A stretch of DNA of 64,000 nt. It comes from Nitrospirota bacterium. GTDB taxonomy: Bacteria > Nitrospirota > UBA9217. The first letter of the stretch is position 1; each line of letters starts with the position of its first letter. Made by a program: the position numbers and the translations under genes. Positions 19,466 to 29,977 of this stretch are shown piece after piece. The notes below the pieces were generated by a model that was given only the letters and a program-made list of their open reading frames with translations, made no database searches and was not told where the DNA came from. The stretch spans positions 1,632,001 to 1,696,000 of the forward strand of contig CAVTRN010000002.1 in assembly GCA_963737155.1 (NCBI GenBank), written 5' to 3'.

Positions 19466-21033
19466 TGGAGAGAATTCATATAAAAGCCGTCAAAACCGCG
19501 GAGCATCTCAATGAGTCTTTCTTTGAAGTCAGGACGGATGACTTTAAGGATGTCTGCCGTAATCTGCATGACGACCTGCATGCAATCCTGCGGGTCATGT
19601 TCGCGTGCGATGAGCGTGAAAAAGATGGCCTGTTCAGGATTTACACCGTATTCTCCGTGCCTGGCAACGATCGTTTTTTCATTGTGGTTCTTCCGGTGCA
19701 GCCATCTGATCCCCGTTTCCCTTCCTTAACACAGACCATCCCGGCCGCTCACTGGTATGAACGGGAGATCAGCGACATGTTCGGGCTGTCACCTCAGGGC
19801 CATCCTGACGGACGAAGACTGGTCTTCCACGAGGCTTTCCCCGCTGCTTCCCATCCGCTCCGCAAGGATTGGAGCATGTCCGAAGCGGATAAACAGGAAT
19901 GGGGCGAAGGCACAACGATCAAGGTTCCCCATCCGTTCATGGAGGTTTCGGGCGAGGGGATTGTCGAGATCCCCGTCGGGCCGGTGCATGCTGGCATCAT
20001 TGAACCTGGCCACTTTCGGTTCAGCGCCATCGGGGAGACGATCTTTTTCCTCGAGCCGAGGCTGTTTTATACCCATAAAGGGACGGAAAAACATTTCGAG
20101 ACAATGACGTTCCCCGAAGGAGTAAAACTAGCCGAACGGGTATCAGGGACTTCGTCCTTTGCTCACGGCGCGGCCTACTGCATGGCCGTCGAGCGCATGC
20201 TGGGTATCGCTATCACGGAAAAAGCAGCTGCCGTTAGAACGCTCGTTCTTGAGCTTGAGCGTATTTACAACCATATTGGCGATATCGGGAATATGTGCGC
20301 GGGGACAGCGCTCAATTTGGGCTATATGAAAGGCGCTGTTATCAAGGAACGGCTTATGCAATTGAACGAGCGTGTCACCGGGAGCAGGTACCTTCGCGGT
20401 TTGAACGTCGTCGGCGGTGTCACAAAAGATGTTTTTGAACAGGCGGACGATATTCTCAAAACGCTCGACAGCGCCACACAAGAATACAAGGAACTCATGG
20501 ATTTTCTGCTCGGATCGGTTTCTCATGTCGAGCGTCTTGAGAACACGGGGAAACTTTCGAAAGATATTGCACGCAAGCTTGGCGTCACCGGCGTGGCCGC
20601 CCGGGCTTCTGGCCTGACAGATGATCTGAGGAAATCCCATCCCCATTTGCTTTATGACCAATTGATATTCGAGGCCCATACCCATGAAAAAGGGGATGTG
20701 CTCGCACGCATGATGATCAGGGCCGAGGAAGCAGAGTGCTCCTTTTCCATGATCCATGCTCTTCTTGAAAGCGGCTATAAAGGGGACTTAACTGTTCCGT
20801 TTAAGGCCGCGCCGCCTTATGCCTCTGCGTTGGGCTACGCGGAAACGCCGAGAGGTTCCCTGTTCTACTGGGTGATGGCAGACAAGGATGGCAAACCGCT
20901 CAGGGTTAAATATCGTTCTCCATCGTACTGCAACTGGCCGGCTGTGCCTTTTGCAGTTCACGGCAACATTGTTCCCGACTTTCCGCTATGCAACAAGAGC
21001 TTCAATTTGTCCTACTCGGGAACTGATATGTAG
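19465..21033 (+). CDS. HyfG/HycE-like (NuoCD fusion) large subunit without NiFe ligands (EhrL), operon 1
   Basis: WYEREISDMFG, VGPVHAGIIEPGHFRF; RVSGTSS in place of RxCGxC; C-terminal DFPLCNKSFNLSYSG in place of DPCxxC. Confidence 0.88.
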   Translation: MERIHIKAVKTAEHLNESFFEVRTDDFKDVCRNLHDDLHAILRVMFACDEREKDGLFRIYTVFSVPGNDRFFIVVLPVQPSDPRFPSLTQTIPAAHWYEREISDMFGLSPQGHPDGRRLVFHEAFPAASHPLRKDWSMSEADKQEWGEGTTIKVPHPFMEVSGEGIVEIPVGPVHAGIIEPGHFRFSAIGETIFFLEPRLFYTHKGTEKHFETMTFPEGVKLAERVSGTSSFAHGAAYCMAVERMLGIAITEKAAAVRTLVLELERIYNHIGDIGNMCAGTALNLGYMKGAVIKERLMQLNERVTGSRYLRGLNVVGGVTKDVFEQADDILKTLDSATQEYKELMDFLLGSVSHVERLENTGKLSKDIARKLGVTGVAARASGLTDDLRKSHPHLLYDQLIFEAHTHEKGDVLARMMIRAEEAECSFSMIHALLESGYKGDLTVPFKAAPPYASALGYAETPRGSLFYWVMADKDGKPLRVKYRSPSYCNWPAVPFAVHGNIVPDFPLCNKSFNLSYSGTDM

Positions 21034-21142
21034 GAGATAGGACGGAAACAGCAAGCAGGCGGGATTAAAAGGAGAAGGTGAACAGTCGAACGCAGACAGG
21101 AGAGAAAATGAAAAGCAGCGACAGGCTTAAATCTGTCGTATT

Positions 21143-21679
21143 ATGGCAGGGGAAATGATCAAAGAAATTATCAAGAACGTGTTTTCAAAAAAACAAGTCA
21201 TTCCGTTCCCCGTGGGATTCAACGTCACGGTAGAGCAGGCAGCGAAGATTGTTGACTTTCAGAAAAAGATTGATACAATCTTCGGCAGGTCTCTTCGTAT
21301 CAGGCATGTTGATGCCGGGTCGTGCAATGCCTGCGAATGGGAGTGCACGGCGCTTACGAACCCGATTTATGACATCCAGAGGTTCGGCATCGACTTTGTT
21401 GCTTCACCGAGACATGCCGATGTGCTTCTGGTGACCGGCCCGGTATCCCGGCAGATGGAATTAGCTTTAAAGAGGACTGAACTTGCGACTCCGGAACCAA
21501 GGCTTGTCGTGGCCTGTGGCGACTGTGCACATGACGGTGGAATATATAAAGGAAGCTACGCGATTACGAATGGCGTAGCGAACGTTCTTCCGGTGGACGC
21601 CGTCATTCCCGGATGTCCGCCAACACCGACAGCAATCATTCTGGCTCTTTCCACGATCATCGACAAGTTTGCGCGATGA
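21143..21679 (+). CDS. HyfI/HycG (NuoB-like) 4Fe-4S small subunit, operon 1
   Basis: DAGSCNACE, ASPRHAD, GDC, IPGCPP. Confidence 0.9.
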   Translation: MAGEMIKEIIKNVFSKKQVIPFPVGFNVTVEQAAKIVDFQKKIDTIFGRSLRIRHVDAGSCNACEWECTALTNPIYDIQRFGIDFVASPRHADVLLVTGPVSRQMELALKRTELATPEPRLVVACGDCAHDGGIYKGSYAITNGVANVLPVDAVIPGCPPTPTAIILALSTIIDKFAR

Positions 21680-21766
21680 GCTGATTATGCAAGTATAGTA
21701 TTCCCGCGAGCTGATCGGCTACAGGTTGAAGATGCAAGGATGTCCGGATTCCAGGGAGATTATGGC

Positions 21767-23812
21767 ATGCTTCTCTCACCTATCAGCATCATTTCATCGT
21801 CTTTCGTAGTGATTTTTCTGGTCCTGGCGCTGACGCCGTTTCTTCGCTTCAACCAACGACTCCTCATCAATGTCTGCTTCTTTCTTGCCGCCATCGCATC
21901 GTTCTCCGTTGCCGTCGCCGGCTTTTGGTCCCTGGCGGGCGGCATCACAACCCAAGTCGTTCTGCCCCTTGGTCTGCCTGATCTTCCATTCCATCTGAGA
22001 ATCGATCTCCTGTCAGGGTATTTTCTCGTTGTAGTGGGACTGCTCGCATTTTTCGTATCTATTTATTCAATCGGATACGTCAAGGGGTTCCTCGGCCAGC
22101 GGTCGGTGACGCATCTGGTAGTCTTTTATAACCTTTTTCTCGCCGGGATGTTTATGGTCGTTCTGGCCGATGATGCCTTGTTCTTCCTGATTGCCTGGGA
22201 AATGATGGCGGCATCATCCTATTTCCTCGTGATGTTTGAGGACGAGCGGGTCGAAAACCGCAGGGCGGCTTTCCTCTATCTCGTCGTTGCTCATGTCGGC
22301 GCCATAGCGATTCTCCTGTCCTTCGGTGTTTTGGCCGGTCTCACGACCGGCTTCTCCGGATTTCAGAACTATACGTTTGCCGCCATGCGCACAACTCACC
22401 TCCCTCCGGAGATGGCGACCCTTGCGTTCCTGCTCGCGTTTTTCGGCTTTGCGGCAAAGGCTGGCGTGATTCCATTGCACATTTGGCTACCGGAAGCGCA
22501 CCCTGTTGCACCTTCGAATGTATCGGCGCTGATGAGCGGTGTAATGCTCAAGACCGCGATCTACGGCATCATTCGGGTCGTGTTCGACCTGATCCGTACA
22601 TTCCCCTGGTGGTGGGGCGCGCTGGTACTTGTCTTCGGCCTTATTTCAGCGGTTATGGGCGTTCTGTATGCTCTGATGCAGCACGATCTCAAGAGGTTGC
22701 TCGCCTATCATTCTGTGGAGAATATCGGCATTATTCTGATCGGTATTGGACTTGCAATGATCTTCACATCCTTTAACATGTCGCTCCTCGCTGCCCTGGC
22801 ATTGATCGCGGGTCTTTATCACACACTGAACCATGCCATGTTCAAGGGTCTGCTCTTCATGGGCGCGGGTTCTGTGCTCCATGCCACCCATGAACGCAAT
22901 ATGGAAGAAATGGGTGGCCTCATCCGATTCATGCCCTGGACCGCCGTTTTCTTTTTGATCGGCTGCATTTCGATCTCGGCTCTGCCACCCTTTAACGGTT
23001 TTGTCTCGGAATGGCTGACCTATCAGGCGTTCCTGCTCTCTCCTGCGCTTCCCAGCCCGCTATTGAACTTGCTGATTCCGCTCGGAGCTGCGCTTCTCGC
23101 CCTTACCAGCGCGCTCGCGGCAGCTTGTTTTGTCAAGGCCTTCGGCGTGACTTTCCTAGGACATCAGCGAGGACATCAAGGCGGACGCATTCATGAAACG
23201 GGATGGTCCATGCGTTTGGGCATGCTGCTCGCGGCGCTCGCCTGTCTCGGCTTGGGTGTTTTCCCGACTTATATGATCAGCTGGATGGACCCTCTTGCGG
23301 AGAAACTGGTGGGAGGAAAAATCGCCGCTTCAGCGTCGGGTCTGGGATGGCTGTGGCTCACCCCGATTGCAGCTGAACGTGCTTCCTATTCCGCCCCCCT
23401 TACATTCATGGGAATTCTTACCGTTGTGATCGCGACTTATCTCCTGCTTCATGCGCGGCCAGGCGCCATCCGTCGGGCACCGCTCTGGGATTGCGGTTTT
23501 GAAAAAGTTACAAGCAGAATGCAGTACACGGCCACTTCCTTTGCCATGCCGCTCCGGAGGATTTTTGGTTTTCTATTCAGCATTAAAGAGCATGTGCGAG
23601 AGCATCCTCCTGTTCCGCATCCCGCCTTCCCGGACCGTATTCATTACCATCTTCGCATAAGAGATCGCTTCTGGATCTGGATGTACCAGCCTGTCATAGA
23701 TGCGAGTTTCTGGCTTTCCCGAAGAATCGGGAGAATGCAGCAGGGGCGGATACAAATATATCTCATTTACTCATTCGTTACGATTCTGGTTCTGCTAATA
23801 TTTTCAAGATAG
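21767..23812 (+). CDS. hyfB: Hydrogenase-4 component B-like subunit, Ehr operon 2
   Basis: KAGVIPLHIWLPEAHPVAPSNVSALMSG, LLAYHSVENIG; start after AGGGAG RBS. Confidence 0.87.
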   Translation: MLLSPISIISSSFVVIFLVLALTPFLRFNQRLLINVCFFLAAIASFSVAVAGFWSLAGGITTQVVLPLGLPDLPFHLRIDLLSGYFLVVVGLLAFFVSIYSIGYVKGFLGQRSVTHLVVFYNLFLAGMFMVVLADDALFFLIAWEMMAASSYFLVMFEDERVENRRAAFLYLVVAHVGAIAILLSFGVLAGLTTGFSGFQNYTFAAMRTTHLPPEMATLAFLLAFFGFAAKAGVIPLHIWLPEAHPVAPSNVSALMSGVMLKTAIYGIIRVVFDLIRTFPWWWGALVLVFGLISAVMGVLYALMQHDLKRLLAYHSVENIGIILIGIGLAMIFTSFNMSLLAALALIAGLYHTLNHAMFKGLLFMGAGSVLHATHERNMEEMGGLIRFMPWTAVFFLIGCISISALPPFNGFVSEWLTYQAFLLSPALPSPLLNLLIPLGAALLALTSALAAACFVKAFGVTFLGHQRGHQGGRIHETGWSMRLGMLLAALACLGLGVFPTYMISWMDPLAEKLVGGKIAASASGLGWLWLTPIAAERASYSAPLTFMGILTVVIATYLLLHARPGAIRRAPLWDCGFEKVTSRMQYTATSFAMPLRRIFGFLFSIKEHVREHPPVPHPAFPDRIHYHLRIRDRFWIWMYQPVIDASFWLSRRIGRMQQGRIQIYLIYSFVTILVLLIFSR

Positions 23813-23827
23813 CTTTAGGGGGCCTGG

Positions 23828-24772
23828 TTGAATATCGATCCTTTCATCATGGAAGTTTTCCAAGTCGCTGTCCTGCTTATCGTTGCTCCGCTTTTCACGG
23901 GCTGGATTAAAATGGTGAAGTGCTGGTTCCAAGGCCGGACTTCTCCGAGCCTTTTTCAGCCCTGGCGCGACATCCTTAAGCTCTTCTCAAAGGACGTGAC
24001 GCTCGCAGAAAATGCCTCTTGGATATTTCGCTTTACGCCGTATCTCGTCTTCGGCGTATCGGTCATGGCGGGCAGCATCATCCCCGTCCTCTCGATGGAC
24101 CTACCGATGTCGGCCACGGCCGATGTCATCGCCCTGGTGGCGCTTTTTGCCATAGCGCGTTTTTTTACTGCCCTGGCGGGAATGGACATCGGCACAGCCT
24201 TCGGAGGTATGGGGGCGAGCCGCGAGATGACCATTGCCTCGCTGGCTGAACCGGCCATGCTCATGGCAGTCTTCGCCGTTTCCCTCGTAGGCAAGTCCAC
24301 GTCGTTGTCGCAGATGGCTGTCGTCATTTCCCAAGGACATACTCTTCTAAGACCGTCAATGGTCTTCGCGCTTCTTGCCTATGTTCTGATTACCCTGGCG
24401 GAAACGGGAAGGGTACCCGTAGACAATCCTGCGACCCATCTGGAACTGACGATGATTCATGAGGCCATGATTCTCGAATACTCGGGCAGACATCTGGCCC
24501 TCATAGAATGGGCGAGCATGATGAAACTTTTTCTTTTCGCCGTGCTGGGTATCGTGTCTTTTTTCCCCTGGGGAATTCCCCGAAGTGGAGATCTGTTCTT
24601 CGTTGCCATTGCCCTGCCTGTCCTGTTGTTCAAACTCGCAGGCATCGGGGTGGTACTCGTGCTGATCGAGACCGGTCTGGCGAAGATGCGAATTTTCCGG
24701 GTAACCGAGTTCCTGGGAACCGCTTTTCTCTTCGCCACAATAGGGATGATGTCGTATTTTATGCTGGAATAA
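23828..24772 (+). CDS. hyfC: HyfC/HycD (NuoH-like) subunit, operon 2
   Basis: ETGRVPVDNPATHLELTMIHEAMILEYSG. Confidence 0.87.
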   Translation: MNIDPFIMEVFQVAVLLIVAPLFTGWIKMVKCWFQGRTSPSLFQPWRDILKLFSKDVTLAENASWIFRFTPYLVFGVSVMAGSIIPVLSMDLPMSATADVIALVALFAIARFFTALAGMDIGTAFGGMGASREMTIASLAEPAMLMAVFAVSLVGKSTSLSQMAVVISQGHTLLRPSMVFALLAYVLITLAETGRVPVDNPATHLELTMIHEAMILEYSGRHLALIEWASMMKLFLFAVLGIVSFFPWGIPRSGDLFFVAIALPVLLFKLAGIGVVLVLIETGLAKMRIFRVTEFLGTAFLFATIGMMSYFMLE

Positions 24773-24858
24773 TGCGTGAAATACAAACGTCCCTGGATGC
24801 CAGAGTGACCGGTCCCTTAAGTTCTCTGTTTATTGCAAAATCATGAAAGAGGTATGTC

Positions 24859-25524
24859 ATGAACGCGCATCTCGCATCACAGCTTAACAGCCTGCTTGCC
24901 TCCTTTATTCTGTTGACGGCATTCGCTCTGGTCGTTCAAAGGCGGATGAACGCTCTGCTGCACCTCTTTGCCTGGCAGGGTTTGTTTCTTGCCGTGAGCA
25001 CGGCCATCGTGGGGTATTTGGGCGGAGCGCATGACCTTTACATTTCGTCCATCCTTACCCTTGCGATCAAGGTCGTTTTTTTGCCCTATATTTTGCACAG
25101 ACTTATCGTAAAGCTGAAAATACACAAGGAAGTGGAAACTGTAATGAACATTCCCGCGACCATGCTTATGGGAATCGTACTCGTGATCTTCTCCTATCAT
25201 TTGACCGCCCCAATTAGGGAACTCTCGACGCTGGTTACCCGCTCAACCCTGGCAGTTGCCTTGGCCACGGTCATGCTGGGTTTTTTGATGATGATAACAC
25301 GCAAGCATGCGGTCACGCAGATCATCGGGTTTCTCGCCATGGAGAACGGTCTACTCTTCGCGGCGACAAGCGCGACTTACGGGATGCCATTAGTGGTCGA
25401 GTTGGGTGTGGCGCTGGATCTTTTGATCGCGGCTTTTATCTTTGGGATGTTCTTCTTCCATATCAGCACTACTTTCGACAGCCTCGACGTGGACCAGATG
25501 GCGAGGCTTAAGGAAGAAGATTAG
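24859..25524 (+). CDS. hyfE: HyfE-like subunit, operon 2
   Basis: QIIGFLAMENG...YGMPLVVELGVALD. Confidence 0.84.
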   Translation: MNAHLASQLNSLLASFILLTAFALVVQRRMNALLHLFAWQGLFLAVSTAIVGYLGGAHDLYISSILTLAIKVVFLPYILHRLIVKLKIHKEVETVMNIPATMLMGIVLVIFSYHLTAPIRELSTLVTRSTLAVALATVMLGFLMMITRKHAVTQIIGFLAMENGLLFAATSATYGMPLVVELGVALDLLIAAFIFGMFFFHISTTFDSLDVDQMARLKEED

Positions 25525-25634
25525 TCGGGCGTTTACTTCTTAGAGGTGTCAGAATACTGGTGAATTTGCCCTATTTCCCTGTGCAATCCTTTTATCTGAT
25601 ATTCGGCAAAATGCGTTCGTGAATTGAGGTTGGC

Positions 25635-27083
25635 GTGGTTCTTCTCATCCTTTTAGTCGTGCCGCTTGTCGCATCCCTGACGCTGGCCTTCGTCGGCGAA
25701 CGGAAGTTCGCTCCCGAGGTGAACATCGCAGGATCCGCGGCAACCTTTGCAACAAGTATCGTGCTGGCCCTCCAGGTCTATGATCAGGGCCCGATGCTCG
25801 CTGGGAACAATTTCTTTTTCATCGATGCTTTCAGCGTTTACCTAACGGTCCTCACTGCGTTCGTATCCATGACTACGTCTGTTTTCAGCAGACGATACAT
25901 GCGGTGCGAACGGGAACACGGTACCATAGGCCATCGGAGAATTCGCTTCTACCACTCCATGTTTCAGCTCTTCATTTTTGCTATGCTGCTCTGCCTTCTA
26001 ACTAACAACGTGGGCATTCTCTGGATCGCTATGGAGCTGGCAACACTATCCACGGTCCTTCTTGTTTCCCTCTACCGCACGCCCGCGGCAATAGAAGCCG
26101 CCTGGAAATACTTCATTCTCTGCGGCGTCGGTATCGCTCTTGCACTCTTCGGGACTGTACTTCTCTATTTCGCCGCGGAAAAAGTTCTTGGCGCGGGGGG
26201 CGCGGCCCTCGATTGGACAAACCTCGCCCAGGTGAGCGACAAGCTGGAACCGACCATCCTGTCGCTGGCCTTCGTCTTTCTCGTAGTCGGCTACGGCACA
26301 AAAGTGGGCCTTGTCCCGATCCACAACTGGCTGCCCGATGCCCACAGTGAGGGTCCCACACCGATCTCGGCTGTCCTCTCCGGACTTTTGCTTAACATCG
26401 CGCTCTATGCGGTGGTGCGGTGCAAGGTGCTGGTCGACGGTTCGACGGGTAACCACCATTCGGGCAACATCATGATGGGTTTCGGCATCATATCGATCCT
26501 CGTGGCCTCATTCTCGCTCCTGCGTCAGAAGGATATTAAACGGCTCTTCGCCTATTCATCCATCGAACATATGGGAATTGCCACTTTTGCCTTTGGCCTC
26601 GGTGGACCGGTGGCAACCTTCGGTGCGCTTCTCCACATGCTGGTGCACAGTCTGACTAAGTCGTCCATCTTTTTTACCGTGGGACACGCATCCCAGATGC
26701 ACCGGACGCAGGAGATGGCAAAGATCAAGGGACTCATCCGGGGCAATCCGCTTGTAGGATGGGGGCTGGCACTGGGGGTTATGGCGATCGTAGGGATGCC
26801 TCCCTTCGGCATTTTCACAAGCGAGTTTCTGATACTTACTGCGACGATCAAGGACGCGCCTCTGTTCTCGCCTTTTCTTCTTCTCGGGCTCGCTGTTTCC
26901 TTTGCTGCGCTGTTTCGAAGGGTACAGCACATGGTGTCCGGTGAGGTTCCGGCCCATCAGAAAGGCTTGAAGGCTGCGCATGTCCCGGTGATATTGCATC
27001 TTTTCGTGGTCCTCATTCTGGGTCTGTATATGCCGGCATTTTTAGCAGGATGGTTCCATACAGCGACCTTGCTGCTAAAATAG
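25635..27083 (+). CDS. hyfF: HyfF-like subunit, operon 2
   Basis: EAAWKYFILCGVGIA, GYGTKVGLVPIHNWLPDAHSEGP. Confidence 0.87.
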   Translation: MVLLILLVVPLVASLTLAFVGERKFAPEVNIAGSAATFATSIVLALQVYDQGPMLAGNNFFFIDAFSVYLTVLTAFVSMTTSVFSRRYMRCEREHGTIGHRRIRFYHSMFQLFIFAMLLCLLTNNVGILWIAMELATLSTVLLVSLYRTPAAIEAAWKYFILCGVGIALALFGTVLLYFAAEKVLGAGGAALDWTNLAQVSDKLEPTILSLAFVFLVVGYGTKVGLVPIHNWLPDAHSEGPTPISAVLSGLLLNIALYAVVRCKVLVDGSTGNHHSGNIMMGFGIISILVASFSLLRQKDIKRLFAYSSIEHMGIATFAFGLGGPVATFGALLHMLVHSLTKSSIFFTVGHASQMHRTQEMAKIKGLIRGNPLVGWGLALGVMAIVGMPPFGIFTSEFLILTATIKDAPLFSPFLLLGLAVSFAALFRRVQHMVSGEVPAHQKGLKAAHVPVILHLFVVLILGLYMPAFLAGWFHTATLLLK

Positions 27084-27170
27084 AGAGAATCAGGATACGA
27101 TGCAGCAGTTAAAAAAGCAAATTCCTCGACTGATTGAGTGGCCACCAAATTTAGCAGCGGTTTAAATGAT

Positions 27171-28742
27171 ATGATCAGACTCAAGAATCTTATTATGCAC
27201 TTGTTGGGTGCCGATGCCCGAGAGGACGAGAACCTGGCGCCATCAACCGTCATGTCTCTTATCGTGCCCCGTCATCGTTTTTCCGAGGCCGCGAAAGCGC
27301 TCAAGAAGGAATACGCGCTCTTGGCAGCGGAATGGGCTTCTGATGAGACACCTTTCGGAAGAGGTTTCGGTATTTACGCCTGTTATCGCCGGGAGCAGGA
27401 ATATCTGGTAATCAAGACCGAGACGCCCGTGGATGATCCGACGTTTCCCACTTTGACGAAGAAATTTGTTCCGGCCTATAGATTCGAACGACAGATGCAA
27501 AGTCTTATGGGGGTCACAGCGGTTGGACATCCCGATGTCCGGCCCTGGATCAAGCATGAAGACTGGCCCCAAGATGCGTGGCCGCTCAGAAAATCCTTTA
27601 ATGCCGTTAACCGGTTGCCCCGGGTTCCCGGTGAATATCGATGGATTCGCGCCGAAGGCGAGGGTGTGTACGAAATTGCTGTTGGTCCGGTGCACGCGGG
27701 CATCATCGAACCAGGCCATTTCCGTTTTCAGGCTATGGGGGAAGATATACTCAACCTCGAGGAGAGGCTGGGTTACGTTCACAAGGGCATTGAAAAACGA
27801 TTTGAGTCGCTCTCCTGGCACGAAGCATCCCGCCTTGCCAGTAGGGTATCGGGCGATACGACTGTCGCACACAGCCTGGCCTATGCACAGGCGGTCGAGG
27901 CACTTACGGGCTGCATACCTCCTGACCGGGCGTTATGGCTTCGGGCACTGTTTCTTGAACGGGAGCGTATTGCGAATCATCTGGGCGATCTTGGTGCAAT
28001 CTGCAACGATGTGGCTTTTGCCTTCCTCCTCTATCAATTCCACCGTCTGAAAGAAATTGTTGTTCGCACGAATCTGAAGCTATTCGGTCACCGCTTTATG
28101 ATGGACGGAGTCATTCTTGGCGGCGTTGTCCCAGACATTACCGCTGAAGGCTCACAGGAAATCCTTCTTGAAATGGACTGGCTAGAGAGGGAATTCGAGC
28201 GGCTCGTTGTAATATACGACGAGAACCCCTCGCTGGAGGACCGCATCAGGGACACAGGCATACTGACGCCCGAGAAGGCGCGGGACCTCTGCGTTGTAGG
28301 ATTCGTTGCGCGGGCAAGTGGGCTGAACCTAGACTGCCGCATTCATCATCCTTTCCCGCCCTATGATCGCATCGACATCACCATCCCGGTGCTCGTATCC
28401 GGGGACGTTCATTCCCGGGCATGGGTCCGCGTTGAGGAAATCCGCGATTCCATCCGTATCGTCCGCAAGATTCTCAGGACGTTGCCCCCTGGTAAAATCC
28501 TGGTTCCTGTTGATGCGCCTATGCCGGATCGGTCGGGCTTCTCCGCCGTCGAAGGGTGGCGCGGCGAGATTCTCTACTGGGTCCAGTCGGGTCCGACGGG
28601 CGATATCAATAGATGCATGGTAAGAGACCCCTCGAGCGTGAACTGGCTGGGGCTGGAACAATGCATTCACGGCAACATTGTTCCCGATTTCCCGTTGTGC
28701 AACAAGAGCTTTAATCAATCATACTCGGGGAATGATTTGTGA
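27171..28742 (+). CDS. HyfG/HycE-like large subunit without NiFe ligands (EhrL), operon 2
   Basis: VGPVHAGIIEPGHFRF; RVSGDTT in place of RxCGxC; DFPLCNKSFNQSYSGNDL C-terminus; start codon uncertain. Confidence 0.87.
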   Translation: MIRLKNLIMHLLGADAREDENLAPSTVMSLIVPRHRFSEAAKALKKEYALLAAEWASDETPFGRGFGIYACYRREQEYLVIKTETPVDDPTFPTLTKKFVPAYRFERQMQSLMGVTAVGHPDVRPWIKHEDWPQDAWPLRKSFNAVNRLPRVPGEYRWIRAEGEGVYEIAVGPVHAGIIEPGHFRFQAMGEDILNLEERLGYVHKGIEKRFESLSWHEASRLASRVSGDTTVAHSLAYAQAVEALTGCIPPDRALWLRALFLERERIANHLGDLGAICNDVAFAFLLYQFHRLKEIVVRTNLKLFGHRFMMDGVILGGVVPDITAEGSQEILLEMDWLEREFERLVVIYDENPSLEDRIRDTGILTPEKARDLCVVGFVARASGLNLDCRIHHPFPPYDRIDITIPVLVSGDVHSRAWVRVEEIRDSIRIVRKILRTLPPGKILVPVDAPMPDRSGFSAVEGWRGEILYWVQSGPTGDINRCMVRDPSSVNWLGLEQCIHGNIVPDFPLCNKSFNQSYSGNDL

Positions 28743-28890
28743 AATTATTTTCAATAGAGTGTCAAAGAATCAATGACACATGGCAGAATTCAAAGGACAA
28801 ATCAAGCATGAACTCTGCAGGGTTTACGCAGCGTTTATTTGGTCTTTGAATCGATATTTGGATTCTGATCCTTGAACGTTTAGGAGTCTC

Positions 28891-29406
28891 ATGCTACGTA
28901 TTCTTCGACAGATATTCCACACCGGCATCGTTACTGAGCCGCTTCCCCCCATCACTGATCCGAGGATCGAGAAGATCGGAGTGGATCTGGCGGAGATCGT
29001 CAAACGCCGCTTCAAGGGGAGTCTTGCCATCCGGCAGGTCGACGCAGGCTCCTGCAACGCATGCGAACTCGAAATCCATGCGATGAATAACGTCATGTAT
29101 AATTGTGAGCGCTTTGGTATTCATTTCACTGCTTCTCCACGGTTTGCGGATCTCCTTCTGGTTACCGGTCCTGTATCACACAATATGGAGATCGCTCTCA
29201 GGAGGACCTTTGATGCGACTACGACACCGAAAATCGTAATAGCCGTGGGCGATTGCGGATGTACGGGTGGCATATTCGGTGAGAGTTACGCTTCCCTCGG
29301 CGGGATTGAGAAAGTAATCCCTGTTGATGCAAGCATACCGGGATGTCCACCAACACCGACTGCCCTGCTTCAGGGCATCCTGAAGGCGATCGGTGGATTG
29401 GGCTGA
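28891..29406 (+). CDS. HyfI/HycG (NuoB-like) small subunit, operon 2
   Basis: DAGSCNACELE, ASPRFAD, GDC, IPGCPP. Confidence 0.9.
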   Translation: MLRILRQIFHTGIVTEPLPPITDPRIEKIGVDLAEIVKRRFKGSLAIRQVDAGSCNACELEIHAMNNVMYNCERFGIHFTASPRFADLLLVTGPVSHNMEIALRRTFDATTTPKIVIAVGDCGCTGGIFGESYASLGGIEKVIPVDASIPGCPPTPTALLQGILKAIGGLG

Positions 29407-29977
29407 TTTTAGCTCGAAAATAAAGACGAGGGAATAGTCACGCTACCTTTGGAAAAGACGACCCTATGACCGGCAGAGGATTTTGCTATTACGAGACAGC
29501 CAGTTTGCTGCAGGTGAATCATCAACGTACTCCTGGGGGCGTACTTGGGAAGTCAAGCGGTCATTTATGATATGATAGAAGCAGGAGGTCTGAAGCAATG
29601 GAATCCTGGCGATATCAGGATGAATGCCGAAGTGCAATGGGACGAGCATTTATGGACGTGGGAAAAAGCATTGCATAGAGTAGAAAGGTTGCTTTCGGAA
29701 CATCTCCCGTGGATTTGGACGTGATCGTTTCTCCGTTGTTCAGGTTGTGCTGGCATGCTTCATGCCATCGGACCATGTAGTTGCTATCGATAGAAGACAC
29801 AACTGGAATAGAGGGGAAAAATGTGTCGCATGTTCCTAGCTAAGACGATATTCATGGTTAGTAATGTGTCAGGAACATCTCCCGCTGAAGTGACGCAATG
29901 ATTTTTGCGGGAGGCAAGGTACGGGTTCGACGTGCGTGCCGGGTGCAAGTTCCTTGTTTTGGAGGGCAGCATTTATT

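Noticed and set aside
19465-28742. Calling the operons true [NiFe] hydrogenase-4 or formate hydrogenlyase
   Set aside because: NiFe-binding CxxC motifs are absent from both large subunits
3009-29406. Selenoprotein (UGA read-through) in the Ehr subunits or neighbours, prompted by selAB
   Set aside because: TGA-ending ORFs stop at their expected family C-termini; I saw no Cys-position UGA with continued homology
29460-29930. AGGAGG followed by short ORFs in the gap after Ehr operon 2
   Set aside because: ORFs are under 40 codons with no recognisable motif; cannot be supported as a gene or RNA
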